A DNA stretch of 64,000 bases from an uncultured Lachnospiraceae bacterium (GCA_964489885.1 CAZAZX010000006.1:3617-67616); one strand, 5' to 3'. Shown: positions 30,100-40,174, counted from the stretch's first letter. The notes: a model not told the origin generated them from the letters alone. Numbers and translations are program-made.

Positions 30100-30759
30100 C
30101 TATTTTTCCTTTTTTGATAGAAGTACCAAACTCCCAGTCAATATAATTATCACAATTCCTGCTATAAGATACATATTGGCTCCCGTTTTAGGTAATACAC
30201 TTGGCTTTTTGGTTTCATCTGTTTTTGCGATTTTATCAGTTTCTGTCGTCTTGTTTTCATTAGTTTTTGTTTGTTCTTCTGTTTTAGGTTCTGTTTTTTC
30301 TGGCTCTATTGTAATTGTTTTTTCTATTGCCTGTGTAATATCATCATACTGTTCTGAAGCATCTGAATTTGCCAATCCTTCAGCAGTTATAGATATTTTT
30401 GCAGTTTTAGTTGTATCTATTGTTGATTTTGCCTTAAATGTAATTGACATACTTTCTTTTGGATTAGACCCACCTGTTGAGTCATAATAAGCTACTCTAA
30501 CTTTTGATTTTGTATCATTTGCTTCTCCTCCTGTTGTACTAACATAGTCAAATATAGAATTATCATAAGCAAAATCTAAAGTATATGAACCAAGTTTAGT
30601 ACCAAAATTAACTTTAACTGTAACTTCGTCTCCTGGTTTTATAGTAGTTTTATTAGTACTTACATCAAAATTAGTTAAACTTGCAGCATAGGTATTAATT
30701 CCTGTTAAACTAAATAAAAATGCAATTAGACAAAAAAATAATATTGCTCTTTTTTTCAT
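30100..30759 (-). CDS. Single-cohesin-domain surface protein with an LPKTG sortase sorting signal
   Basis: Signal peptide, cohesin-like core (IKPGDEVTVKVNFG…YTLDFAYDNSIFDYV), Thr/Glu/Lys-rich stalk, then LPKTG, a hydrophobic segment and KKEK. Confidence 0.65.
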   Translation of the reverse strand: MKKRAILFFCLIAFLFSLTGINTYAASLTNFDVSTNKTTIKPGDEVTVKVNFGTKLGSYTLDFAYDNSIFDYVSTTGGEANDTKSKVRVAYYDSTGGSNPKESMSITFKAKSTIDTTKTAKISITAEGLANSDASEQYDDITQAIEKTITIEPEKTEPKTEEQTKTNENKTTETDKIAKTDETKKPSVLPKTGANMYLIAGIVIIILTGSLVLLSKKEK

Positions 30760-30862
30760 AATAAATTCATTCCTTTCAATATTGGTTAAATTTATTATGC
30801 TTAAAAATCACAATATTATTAATGGAAAAAAATGAGAAAATATAACTGTTTTAGAATCATAA

Positions 30863-31735
30863 TCAAATTATAACATCTCGCTTTAATAATTCATCTTTTA
30901 TAATCCCAATTCCTATAAATTCTTTATTTTCATTATATATACAAACTATTCCATCTTTCATTTTTTGTGTTAATTTTACTCCATTTAAAAAATGTTTTAA
31001 TTTATAGTTATTTAATACTATTTTTCCTTTGTTTTCAAAAATTTTTTCTATATTTATAATTTTTGATTCTAGTTCGTTTTCATTTAATTGTTCAATTTCA
31101 TTAATTTTTATAGAATCTTCTATATTAAAATTTCCTACTAGAGTTCTAGTAAGTTCCTTCATGTATCCAACAGTGCCTAATTTTTCTGCTATGTTTTCAC
31201 ATAGTACTCTAATATATGTTCCCTTTGAACAGTATACTTCAAATTCTATAGTTTTATTCTTTTTATCAATATTTAATAATTTTAAATCATATATTTCAAT
31301 TTTTCTTGGTGGTATCTCTATTTTAGTTCCCTCTCTTGCATATTCATATAGTTTTTTTCCATTTATTTTAATAGCAGAATACATAGGGGGAATTTGTTCA
31401 CTTTTACCTATCATTTTTTGGAATATATTTTTTATGTTTTGTTCAGTTAATTTATCTAAATCAACTGCCATTTTTTCTATACTTTTTCCTTCTAAATCAC
31501 CTGTTGATTTTTTTTCTCCAAGTTGAATTACTGCTATATATTTTTTTTTATGTTCAACTAAATATTTTTCAATTTTGGTAGCTTTACCAACTAAAATTGG
31601 AAGTACACCTGTTGCCAATGGATCTAAAGTTCCACAATGTCCAACTTTTTTAGTATGTAATATTTTACGCATTTTCATTACAACATCATGTGACGAATGG
31701 CCTTTTTCTTTATTTATAATAAATATTCCATCCAT
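30863..31735 (-). CDS. truB: tRNA pseudouridine(55) synthase
   Basis: GHCGTLDPLATGVLPI catalytic Asp motif. Confidence 0.85.
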   Translation of the reverse strand: MDGIFIINKEKGHSSHDVVMKMRKILHTKKVGHCGTLDPLATGVLPILVGKATKIEKYLVEHKKKYIAVIQLGEKKSTGDLEGKSIEKMAVDLDKLTEQNIKNIFQKMIGKSEQIPPMYSAIKINGKKLYEYAREGTKIEIPPRKIEIYDLKLLNIDKKNKTIEFEVYCSKGTYIRVLCENIAEKLGTVGYMKELTRTLVGNFNIEDSIKINEIEQLNENELESKIINIEKIFENKGKIVLNNYKLKHFLNGVKLTQKMKDGIVCIYNENKEFIGIGIIKDELLKRDVII

Positions 31736-31748
31736 TATACAAAAATCC

Positions 31749-32702
31749 TTATTTTAAATATAATTTTATTTGATTAATTATTTTATCTCTAATTTGCTCT
31801 AAGGTTCCAGTTGTTATAGTACAACCTGCTGCTTTTACGTGACCACCGCCACCAAACATCAAGCATATATCAGATACGTTTACATATTCATTTGATCTCA
31901 TTGAAACTTTAAATCCGCCTGTTGCTACTTCACGCATAAAAACTGATACTTCAACGCCCTCAATATCTCTTCCTATTTCAACACAACCTTCATAGTCTCC
32001 AAATCCAGTATTTAACCTTTTTTCGTCATCTAATGTTATATATGTAAAAGCAACCTTATCGTTTTGATAAAATTCTAATCTATTTGTTGCAAGCTTAATT
32101 AATTCAAATTTTTCCTTTGTTCTAGTCTGTAAAACCTTCTTATATATGTTTGATATATTTATTCCCTTATTCAATAAACCTGCTACGATTTCAAAAGTTT
32201 CAGCACTTACACCTTCGTAAGCAAATCCTCCAGTGTCTGTAATTATTCCTGTTAATAAACATTTGCCAATATCTTTAGTTACTTCAATATTCCAGTAATT
32301 CAAAACTTTAATTAAAATTTGAGCACACGCAGGTGATACAGGATCTACATAGTTAAAATCCGCATACATTGAATTTGAAACATGATGATCTATTTGCATA
32401 TTTGCATCGGAATTAGGAAATGCACTCGTAGGATCTGCAAGCCTCTGTTGTGATGCACAATCTAACGCAATAGCTAAATCATATTTTCCTGTTCCTTCTT
32501 TTTTTATTTCGTCAATTCCTGGCAAAAATTCAAAGCATTTTGCATATTCTGGTATAACCAAATCAACATCTTTATTTAATCCCTTTAAAGCTAAATACAT
32601 TCCAAGACTTGAACCCATTGCATCACCATCTGGATTTACATGTGCAAAAACTACAATTCTCTTAGATTCTTGTATTTTTTTTATCATTTCATCTAATATC
32701 AT
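31749..32702 (-). CDS. nrnA: DHH/DHHA1 phosphoesterase NrnA (oligoribonuclease / pAp phosphatase)
   Basis: FAHVNPDGDAMGS DHH motif and GGGH DHHA1 motif. Confidence 0.8.
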   Translation of the reverse strand: MILDEMIKKIQESKRIVVFAHVNPDGDAMGSSLGMYLALKGLNKDVDLVIPEYAKCFEFLPGIDEIKKEGTGKYDLAIALDCASQQRLADPTSAFPNSDANMQIDHHVSNSMYADFNYVDPVSPACAQILIKVLNYWNIEVTKDIGKCLLTGIITDTGGFAYEGVSAETFEIVAGLLNKGINISNIYKKVLQTRTKEKFELIKLATNRLEFYQNDKVAFTYITLDDEKRLNTGFGDYEGCVEIGRDIEGVEVSVFMREVATGGFKVSMRSNEYVNVSDICLMFGGGGHVKAAGCTITTGTLEQIRDKIINQIKLYLK

Positions 32703-32703
32703 A

Positions 32704-33072
32704 TCATTCTTCCTTCCTAGTTTTTACTTCTTTTGCTAAATCTTTTAATATAGAATCAATCTTTGCACCATATTCCATTGAATCATCAAGTTCAAATACC
32801 AATTCAGGTGTTACACGTAAATTAACTTTATGGGCAATTTGTGTTCTAATATATCCAGAAGACTTTTTTAGTGCTTCTAATGTCTTTTTCTTATTAGAAT
32901 TAATCATACTTACATAAATTCTAGCATAGCGAAGATCAGGTGTTACCTTAACCTTTGTTACACTTATCATTCCAGTAATATTTGAGTTATTTAACTCATA
33001 GTTTATTATATTACTGATTTCTCTTTTAAGCTCTTCTTCAATTTTATCCATTCTATTTGAATTTCTTGGCAT
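32704..33072 (-). CDS. rbfA: Ribosome-binding factor A
   Basis: 122-aa KH-like protein immediately downstream of infB. Confidence 0.85.
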   Translation of the reverse strand: MPRNSNRMDKIEEELKREISNIINYELNNSNITGMISVTKVKVTPDLRYARIYVSMINSNKKKTLEALKKSSGYIRTQIAHKVNLRVTPELVFELDDSMEYGAKIDSILKDLAKEVKTRKEE

Positions 33073-33091
33073 TTTTTACGCACCCCAAAAC

Positions 33092-36011
33092 CTATTTTAT
33101 TTCTTCCATAATATGTGCTTCAATAATGTCTCCTTCTTTAATGTCGTTCACATCTTCAATTTGCATTCCACATTCATAACCAGCTGCAACTTCTTTTGCA
33201 TCATCTTTAAATCTCTTTAGTGAAACAAGTTTTCCTTCATGTATAACAACATTATCACGTATTACACGTACTATAGAATTTCTTGCAATTTTACCATCTG
33301 TTACATAGCATCCAGCAATTGTTCCTACATTTGAAACCTTAAATGTTTGTCTTACTTCTGCATTGCCAATAATAACTTCTTTGTATTCTGGATCCCTTAA
33401 TCCTTTCATAGCTTGTTCTACATCTTCAATAGCATTGTAAATTACAGAATACATCTTTAATTCTACTTCTTCTTTTTCTGCTAAATCTTTTGCTATTGCA
33501 TTTGGACGTACATTAAATGCTATAATAATTGCATTTGACACTTTAGCCAATGTAACATCTGATTCATTAACTCCACCTACACTTGCGTGGATAACTTTAA
33601 CTTTAACTTCGTCATTAGATAACTTTTCTAATGAATCCTTTACAGCTTCAACACTACCTTGAACATCTGCTTTAACAATTAAGTTTAATTGTTTTAAATT
33701 GCCCTTTTCCATTTGACTAAATAAATTGTCCAAAGTAATTTTTGCATTTTGATTTAATTCTTTTTCTCTTTGTTGGCGTTTTCTTCTTTCAATTAAGTGT
33801 TTTGCCATTTTTTCGTCCTTAACTTCATAAAAAGTTTCGCCAACTGATGGAACTTCAGCCAAACCTGTTAACTCTACTGGTGTTGAAGGTCCAGCGGTTC
33901 TAACTTTAACTCCCTTATCATTTTTCATTGCTCTTATTCTACCAATTACAGAACCAACAACAATTGTATCTCCAACATCTAATTTACCTCTTTGTACTAA
34001 TAAAGTAGTAACAACACCTTTATGGCTATCCAACTTAGCTTCAATAACAGTTCCCTTTGCCTGTTTATGAGGATTTACTTTTAAATCTAACATATCTGCT
34101 TGTAATAGTACCATTTCAAGTAATGTATCTATATTTTGATGTTTCTTGGCTGAAATTGGTACAAATATTGTATCTCCTCCCCATTCTTCTGGAATCAAAT
34201 CATATTTTGTTAATTCCTGTTTTACTTTTTCAACATTTGCACCTTCAAGATCTATTTTATTTACAGCAACTATAATTGGAATTCCTGCAGCTTTTGCATG
34301 GTCTATAGCTTCAACAGTTTGAGGCATAACTCCATCATTTGCTGCGACAACCAAAATTGCAATATCTGTAATTTGAGCACCTCTAGCACGCATACTTGTA
34401 AATGCTTCATGTCCCGGTGTGTCTAAAAATGTAATTGATCTTCCATTTATATCAACTTTATAAGCACCAATATGTTGTGTAATTCCGCCAGCTTCACCAC
34501 TTATTACATTTGTTGAACGAATTGCATCTAACAAAGATGTTTTACCATGATCAACGTGTCCCATAACAACAACAACTGGAGGTCTAGAAATTAGTTCATC
34601 TTCTTTATCTTCACTATCATCAAATAATATATCTTCTTCTTTTACTACTTCCTTTTTAGTTGCAGTTACACCAAATTCACTTGCAACTAAAAATGCTGTA
34701 TCAAAATCTAGTTCCTTATTAATGGTAGCTAATATTCCGTAGTTCATTAATTTTTTTATAACTTCACTACTTGTTTTCTTCAATTCCATAGCTAAATCTT
34801 TTACAGTAATTGTTTCTGGAATAGTAATATCAGTTAATTTGAATATTTTTTGCTTATTACGTGGTTCCTCTTTATTTTTTTGATTTTTCTTTTTATTTTT
34901 TCTAGTTTTACTGCTTGAAAGATCATAATAATCGTACATTGAACCTTCATTGAACATATTAGAAAGTTGACGTTCTTGCTTTAAGCTATTTAACTTATTA
35001 TTGCTAATATCATAATTATTTCCTTTTTTGTTTCTTTGAGGTCTTCTATTTTTTTCGTCATTTCTATTGTTTTTTTGCTTATCAATCGCTTTATTTGCGT
35101 ACTCAATTACAGTTTCTTTTTCTACAATATCTGATGCCATAATATTTTTAATATTTTTTTCAATACCTTTTTCATCTAAGACTCTGTTTTTATTGTTATA
35201 TCCATTGTTTTTATTATATCCACCATTTTGATTGTTATTATTCTTATTAAAGCCATTACCGTTTCTATAATACCCATTGTTTTGGTTATTTCTACTATAT
35301 ACTCCGCCTTGATTTCTATTTTTAAATTGATTATTGCTTGAACGATTAAAAGTTTCTCTACCTTCGCCATGGAAACTTCTGTTATTTCTATTATAAACAC
35401 TATTTTGATTGTTGCGATTATTATTGAAATTCCTATTTCTTTCATTTCCATTACTTTGGTTATTACGGCTATTTTCTAGTTTAATATTTTCTGTTTTCTT
35501 TTCTTGCTTTACTTCGTTTTCAATTTTTGGCTGGCTCATTTTCTTATTTTCATTTACCTCTTCTACTTTGTTATTGTTACTTTCTGCTACATTCTTTTTC
35601 GTCTTTATTCCAAATAGTTCACTTGCTGTAAGTGGCCTTGTCGGCTTATTTCTATAAACTATATTGTAATCTTTTTTTCTAGTTTGTTCTAAGTAATTTT
35701 CTTTTTTTCTAGTTTTTTCTTTCTTTTCATCTTTAGGTTCTTCATCCGCTATAATTACTTCTCTTCTAATAATAACATTCCCGAGTAGTGCTTTCTTTTT
35801 TACTTGCATCTTTTTTGTTTTCTGTCTTTTTATTTTCCGTTTTTTTCATTTCTTTATTTTTGAAGCTATCTTCTATTTTTTTAGCTATTTCTTCTGTAAC
35901 TCCACTTAAATGGCTTTTTACATTAAATCCAAGTGAATTAGCTCTAGCTAAAACTTCTTTACTATTTAAGTTGAGCTTTTTTGCAATTTCATGAATTTTA
36001 ATATTACCCAA
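33092..36011 (-). CDS. infB: Translation initiation factor IF-2, with a frameshift at an A6 homopolymer near 35790-35800 (ORFs 33092-35809 and 35766-36026)
   Basis: GTPase domain ([21 protein letters not shown]). The N-terminal IF2_N sequence (…[18 protein letters not shown]…) lies in another frame. Removing one A in gtaaaaaagaaagc fuses the frames. The likely start is TTG 36009-36011 after the Shine-Dalgarno GGGGGTGA. Confidence 0.85.
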
Positions 36012-36327
36012 TAGCGTCACCCCCATAAATTATTTTTTCAATACCATTAATAAAATTTTTATCTTTTATTGCAAATACTACTTTATTTTCTTTACCAATT
36101 GCATGGCTTAAATCATCTTTTAATCCAATAGATAAATATTTCAAATTGTTCTTATCACATATAAATTTTACATTTTTTTTAGTTTTTTCTGATGCATCTT
36201 CTGCAACAATTACTAATTTTACTTTTTTGAATTTTATACTATCTAAAACTGCATCCATTCCACATACGACTTTTCCGCTTCTGGCTGCTAATCCTAGCAG
36301 ACCATAAACTTTATTCAGATTTATCAA
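36004..36327 (-). CDS. ylxQ: L7Ae-family ribosomal-like protein YlxQ
   Basis: 107 aa L7Ae fold located between ylxR and infB. Confidence 0.7.
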   Translation of the reverse strand: MINLNKVYGLLGLAARSGKVVCGMDAVLDSIKFKKVKLVIVAEDASEKTKKNVKFICDKNNLKYLSIGLKDDLSHAIGKENKVVFAIKDKNFINGIEKIIYGGDAIG

Positions 36328-36586
36328 TAATTACACCTCTTAGTTCATCATATATTTCATCACTAATATTAATTTCAAATGCACGTTCTAATTTTTTTGT
36401 TTTTTTTGCTTTATTTAAACAATCTATGTTATCACAAATATAAGCTCCTCTTCCATTTAGTTTTCCTGTTCTGTCAAGCTTTATTGTTCCATCGGTTGTC
36501 CTAACAATTCTAACTAACTCTCTCTTATCTTTTTTTGTATTACACCCTACACACGTTCTTTGTGGTTGTTTTTTCAAAGTATTCAC
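36311..36586 (-). CDS. ylxR: YlxR/RnpM (DUF448) RNA-binding protein
   Basis: QRTCVGCNTKKDKRELVRIV…GRGAYIC motif. Confidence 0.8.
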   Translation of the reverse strand: MNTLKKQPQRTCVGCNTKKDKRELVRIVRTTDGTIKLDRTGKLNGRGAYICDNIDCLNKAKKTKKLERAFEINISDEIYDELRGVIIDKSE

Positions 36587-36610
36587 CTCTTTTTAAAGTT
36601 TAGGTTTTTA

Positions 36611-37741
36611 TCATTCCTCAATACTTTCTGTAGTTTCTTGTTTTTCCTCTACATCTTCTACAATTTCTTCATCTTCATCCATTTTTTCTAATAATTCTCT
36701 AAATTGTGTTTCACTTTTTATATCAATTTTCCAATTTGTAAGCCTTGCAGCTAGTCTTGCATTTTGTCCAGATTTTCCAATTGCAAGTGAAAGTTGATCA
36801 TCTGGAACAATTACCTGTGCTGTTCTTTCTTCTTTTATATCAACTGCTAAAACTTTTGCAGGTAACAATGCTGAAGAAATAAATATTGCTGGATCTTCAT
36901 TCCATTCTATAACATCAATTTTTTCTCCATTTAACTCTGTAATAATATTTTGGATTCTTATTCCCTTTTGTCCTACACATGAGCCAACTGGATCAATATT
37001 AGGATTTTCAGAATATACAGCTACTTTACTCCTGTTTCCAGCATCTCTTGATACACTTTTTATTTCTATAACGCCTTCATATATTTCAGGTATTTCAAAT
37101 TCAAAAAGTTTTCGTACAAAGTCAGGATGACTTCTTGAAACAACTATTTGAGGATTTCCCTTTGCTCCCTTTGTTACATCTACTACGTATACTCTTATTT
37201 TATCATTTACATGATATTGTTCTGTAGAAACTTGCTCCTTTAAAGGCATAACACCTTCAATTCTTCCTAAGTCTAAAAATATAACATTTTTATCTACTTT
37301 TTGAATAATTCCTGTAAGAATTTCTCCTTTTCTATCTGTGTATTCAGAAAATATATATTCTCTTTCTGCTTCTCTTATTTTTTGAATAACAACTTGTTTT
37401 GCTGTTTGAGCAGCAATTCTTCCAAACTTCTTTGGGATTATTTCTACTTCTGCTGTATCTCCTATTTTATACTTTTTACTTATTTTTTTTGCATCTTCCA
37501 GAGAAATTTGTAAATTAGGATTTTCAACTTTATCTGTTACTTCTTTTAATGAATAAACATAGATTTGTCCTTCTTCCGCATCTATTACAACTTTAACATT
37601 ATCTGCAGAATCATAATTTTTCTTATATGCAGTAACAAGAGATGTTTCTAGTGATTCAATAAGATAGTCTTTTTTTATCCCTTTTTCTTTTTCTAATTCC
37701 TCCATTGCTAAAAGTAATTCTTTACTTTCTGATAATTTCAT
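36611..37741 (-). CDS. nusA: Transcription termination/antitermination factor NusA
   Basis: 376 aa with N-terminal, S1 and KH domains. Confidence 0.85.
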   Translation of the reverse strand: MKLSESKELLLAMEELEKEKGIKKDYLIESLETSLVTAYKKNYDSADNVKVVIDAEEGQIYVYSLKEVTDKVENPNLQISLEDAKKISKKYKIGDTAEVEIIPKKFGRIAAQTAKQVVIQKIREAEREYIFSEYTDRKGEILTGIIQKVDKNVIFLDLGRIEGVMPLKEQVSTEQYHVNDKIRVYVVDVTKGAKGNPQIVVSRSHPDFVRKLFEFEIPEIYEGVIEIKSVSRDAGNRSKVAVYSENPNIDPVGSCVGQKGIRIQNIITELNGEKIDVIEWNEDPAIFISSALLPAKVLAVDIKEERTAQVIVPDDQLSLAIGKSGQNARLAARLTNWKIDIKSETQFRELLEKMDEDEEIVEDVEEKQETTESIEE

Positions 37742-37760
37742 TTTATTTCCTCCTTTTACT

Positions 37761-38216
37761 TTACCATTTATATACAGTCTTAATTAATGCTATATTATTT
37801 CTATCAATATTTATGGTTTCATCATCTGTTTCTAATTGTATTTCGTCATCACTAAATTTTTTTAGTATTCCATCAATTATTTTGTTTTTGTTAATAGGTT
37901 TAAATAGTTTTATTTCAACTTCTTTATCTAAATTTGCTTCTAAATGTTTATCTTCTCTTAAAACTTTCTCAATACCTGTAGAAGACACCTCTAAAAAATA
38001 TTGTTCTTTTATAAAATCGTCTTTATCTAAAATCTCGGATACAATATTTGAAACTTTTTCACAATCATCTAGGCTTATTCCCTTTGGGCTATCCAAAAAA
38101 ACTCTTAAATAATAATATTGTCCTTCTTTTGCATATATTACATCATATAGCTCATAACCTAATTCCGATATACTTTTTTCTATAAGCTTAGCAACCTTTT
38201 TTTCTAAACCAGTCAA
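37761..38216 (-). CDS. rimP: Ribosome maturation factor RimP
   Basis: 151 aa with a TTG start after the Shine-Dalgarno AGGAGGG; first gene of the nusA-infB operon. Confidence 0.8.
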   Translation of the reverse strand: MTGLEKKVAKLIEKSISELGYELYDVIYAKEGQYYYLRVFLDSPKGISLDDCEKVSNIVSEILDKDDFIKEQYFLEVSSTGIEKVLREDKHLEANLDKEVEIKLFKPINKNKIIDGILKKFSDDEIQLETDDETINIDRNNIALIKTVYKW

Positions 38217-38289
38217 AATAACCCTCCTTTATACCTTTTAAGAGCAGGCTTTTTGCCTGCTCTTATGTTTCGTTATATATTGCTTTTCT

Positions 38290-38318
38290 ATTATACCCTA
38301 TTTTCAGCCATTTAGCAA
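38290..38318 (-). promoter_or_regulatory. Sigma-A promoter of the rimP-nusA-infB operon (TTGCTA-17-TATAAT). The leader contains a stable hairpin at 38241-38265.
   Basis: The reverse complement reads cTTGCTAaatggctgaaaatagggTATAAT. The leader hairpin is AAGAGCAGGC-ttttt-GCCTGCTCTT. Confidence 0.5.
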
Positions 38319-38366
38319 GTTTTTTAGAAAAAAATTATTATTTATAAAGAAGAGGTCAAATGTGAG

Positions 38367-38524
38367 CAATTGGGGACGGAGGATTTTAATCAATTGGGGA
38401 CGGAGGATTTTAATCAATTGGGGACGGAGGATTTTTAATCAATTGGGGACGGAGGATTTTTGCTTATTTCCAATAAGCAAAAATCCTCCGTCCCCAATTG
38501 ATTAAAAATCCTCCGTCCCCAATT
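38367..38524. repeat. Iteron-like array: four direct 24-25-bp repeats (CAATTGGGGACGGAGGATTTT(T)AAT) followed by two inverted copies. The centre is a ~60-bp perfect palindrome around GCTTATTTCCAATAAGC.
   Basis: Repeat units at 38367, 38391, 38415 and 38440 on the forward strand, with inverted copies at 38478-38499 and 38500-38524. The units are GC-rich relative to the surrounding DNA. Confidence 0.85.
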
Positions 38525-38622
38525 GATTATTTAGCGCTTTATGCTATAATATATATATATGGTATACATAGTTTTGTCATGCTTTCGTATTATTATGTTT
38601 GGTGCAAAAAGAGGTGATTTTT

Positions 38623-38889
38623 ATGCTTGGTTCGGAAATGGGATTTCCGATGTTTATCATCGTTTTTCTCCTTAAGATTTTCGCCCTTTTTTTGGTCTGG
38701 AAACTGGTAGTTTACATTGGGAAACGTGTGGACATCTCCAAATGGCTACCAAAAATTGCCTTGATTGTTGGTTGTGCGATTTACGCATGGCTTACGATTA
38801 CAGGCATTATCGAAATGAACGGTGATTTGATTTTCATCAGTTTCATCGTGCCGTGTTTTTTAGCTACAATGTATATAGTAACAAAATAA
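38623..38889 (+). CDS. Small hydrophobic membrane protein (88 aa, 3 TM segments), GC ~40-42%
   Basis: ATG at 38623 after the Shine-Dalgarno AGAGGTG; the ORF-track TTG at 38599 is unlikely to be the start. It is followed by terminator 38907-38941 and lies directly downstream of the iteron array. Confidence 0.5.
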   Translation: MLGSEMGFPMFIIVFLLKIFALFLVWKLVVYIGKRVDISKWLPKIALIVGCAIYAWLTITGIIEMNGDLIFISFIVPCFLATMYIVTK

Positions 38890-38906
38890 CAATACGAAAG
38901 CAGAAT

Positions 38907-38941
38907 GGAGTAGATGTTTATTTATCTACTCCATTTCTCTT
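38907..38941 (+). terminator. Intrinsic terminator (GGAGTAGAT-gtttattt-ATCTACTCC + ATTTCTCTT)
   Basis: Hairpin plus a T-rich tract; it overlaps the 3' end of the sortase gene on the opposite strand. Confidence 0.5.
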
Positions 38942-39645
38942 GCCTTAACTATAATTCTGTTTCCATTGATATTATTACACGTTACTAAGGTTACTTCTCT
39001 TTTTCCATTTGTATCTTGATTTGTACATGATATGTCATCAATATTTGTTTCAAAAACCTTATAAATCTTATAATACTTGTAACTTCCCCTATTATCATAA
39101 ATAGTTATTACATCCCCAGTTTTCAATTTTTCTATTTTGCTAAAAAATCTATTATCATCGTAATTATGTGCAGCAATACATAAATTTCCAACTTCATTAG
39201 GATATGGTCCATAAAACCTACATGGAGATATTTTTAAATATTCATCATTAATAACTGATAGAATTGGATAACTTATTTTTATTCTATCTATTTTTATTAT
39301 TCCTGTTACTAAGCTTTGGGAATCGTTATTTACATTTGAAACAGAATATGAATTATTTTTTGAATACAAAGTAGAAATATTATATGTTTCTGATAAACTT
39401 TGAGATATTTTTTCATTCATAACTCTATTTCTATATTCATTAATATAAATAGAAAAAGACAATGTTATACCCATAACACAAATTACTAAAAAACTAAAAT
39501 ATGCCCATATATGCTTATTCTCTTTTTTCTTTTTGTGGTGGGTCAGGTTCTTATATTTTCTTTTAATTGTTTTTTTATTGTTTAAATTTGTTACTAATAT
39601 TTGATTCATAAACTTATTTTTAGCAAAATATTTAGTTATATGCAT
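38926..39645 (-). CDS. Sortase (TLVTC active site) with an N-terminal Lys-rich segment and a TM anchor
   Basis: LCIAAHNY…REVTLVTC…RIIVKARE. Its start codon immediately follows the terminator of the upstream LPKTG-protein gene. Confidence 0.7.
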   Translation of the reverse strand: MHITKYFAKNKFMNQILVTNLNNKKTIKRKYKNLTHHKKKKENKHIWAYFSFLVICVMGITLSFSIYINEYRNRVMNEKISQSLSETYNISTLYSKNNSYSVSNVNNDSQSLVTGIIKIDRIKISYPILSVINDEYLKISPCRFYGPYPNEVGNLCIAAHNYDDNRFFSKIEKLKTGDVITIYDNRGSYKYYKIYKVFETNIDDISCTNQDTNGKREVTLVTCNNINGNRIIVKAREME

Positions 39646-39688
39646 AAAAAAAAGAAGATAGCCTTTTTAGCTATCTCCAAAAATATAA

Positions 39689-40174
39689 TTAATACTGAAT
39701 ACTATTATATTCTCTAATCTTTTTATAAGCAAAAATTGCTCCAGCAACACATGCTAACATAATAAATACTATTGAATAGTCAATACCTGTTTTAGGTAGT
39801 GAGCTATTTCCATAAGTAGATGTATTGTTTGTTTTGCTAGTATTTCCTGTACTACCACTCATTGTAGATGTAGAAATATTTTTATTATTTGTACTTGGTG
39901 CACTAATTTGAGGTGTAGAAGGTGTTCCCGTAGTTCCAGTAGTACCAGTACCCGTAATTCCAGTAGTACCTGTACCCGTAATTCCAGTGGTACCTGTACC
40001 AGTAATTCCAGTTGTTCCTGTTGTGCCACTAGTACCTGTTGTTCCTGGAGTAGTTGTTGTAGCTGCTGAAGGCACTGTTGGAACACTTGTAGCAAATACC
40101 GCTGTTCCCATTTGCAATACAGCTAACATAACTATCATAACTAATAAAATTTTTACATTTTTCATTTTCAACAT
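39689..40174 (-). CDS. Small LPKTG-anchored surface protein with Thr/Gly tandem repeats (TGITGTGT x3)
   Basis: Signal peptide, repeats, then SSLPKTG followed by TM + KKIREY. The repeats are encoded by three 24-bp tandem DNA repeats. Confidence 0.65.
   Translation of the reverse strand: MLKMKNVKILLVMIVMLAVLQMGTAVFATSVPTVPSAATTTTPGTTGTSGTTGTTGITGTGTTGITGTGTTGITGTGTTGTTGTPSTPQISAPSTNNKNISTSTMSGSTGNTSKTNNTSTYGNSSLPKTGIDYSIVFIMLACVAGAIFAYKKIREYNSIQY
39941..40012. repeat. 3 x 24-bp tandem repeat (aGTACCtGTACCcGTAATTCCAGT), lying within the coding sequence
   Basis: Units at 39941, 39965 and 39989. Confidence 0.7.

Noticed and set aside
38367-38524. A possible CRISPR array
   Set aside because: The repeats are contiguous with no spacers, they include inverted copies, and no cas genes are present.
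38362-38535. An open reading frame running through the iteron array, encoding a repeated peptide (…NWGRRILINWGRRILI…)
   Set aside because: It is an artefact of the 24-bp periodicity (a multiple of 3). It has no credible start or Shine-Dalgarno, and the nearby ATG at 38360 is followed immediately by TGA. Composition and repeat structure are better explained as a DNA-level binding-site array.
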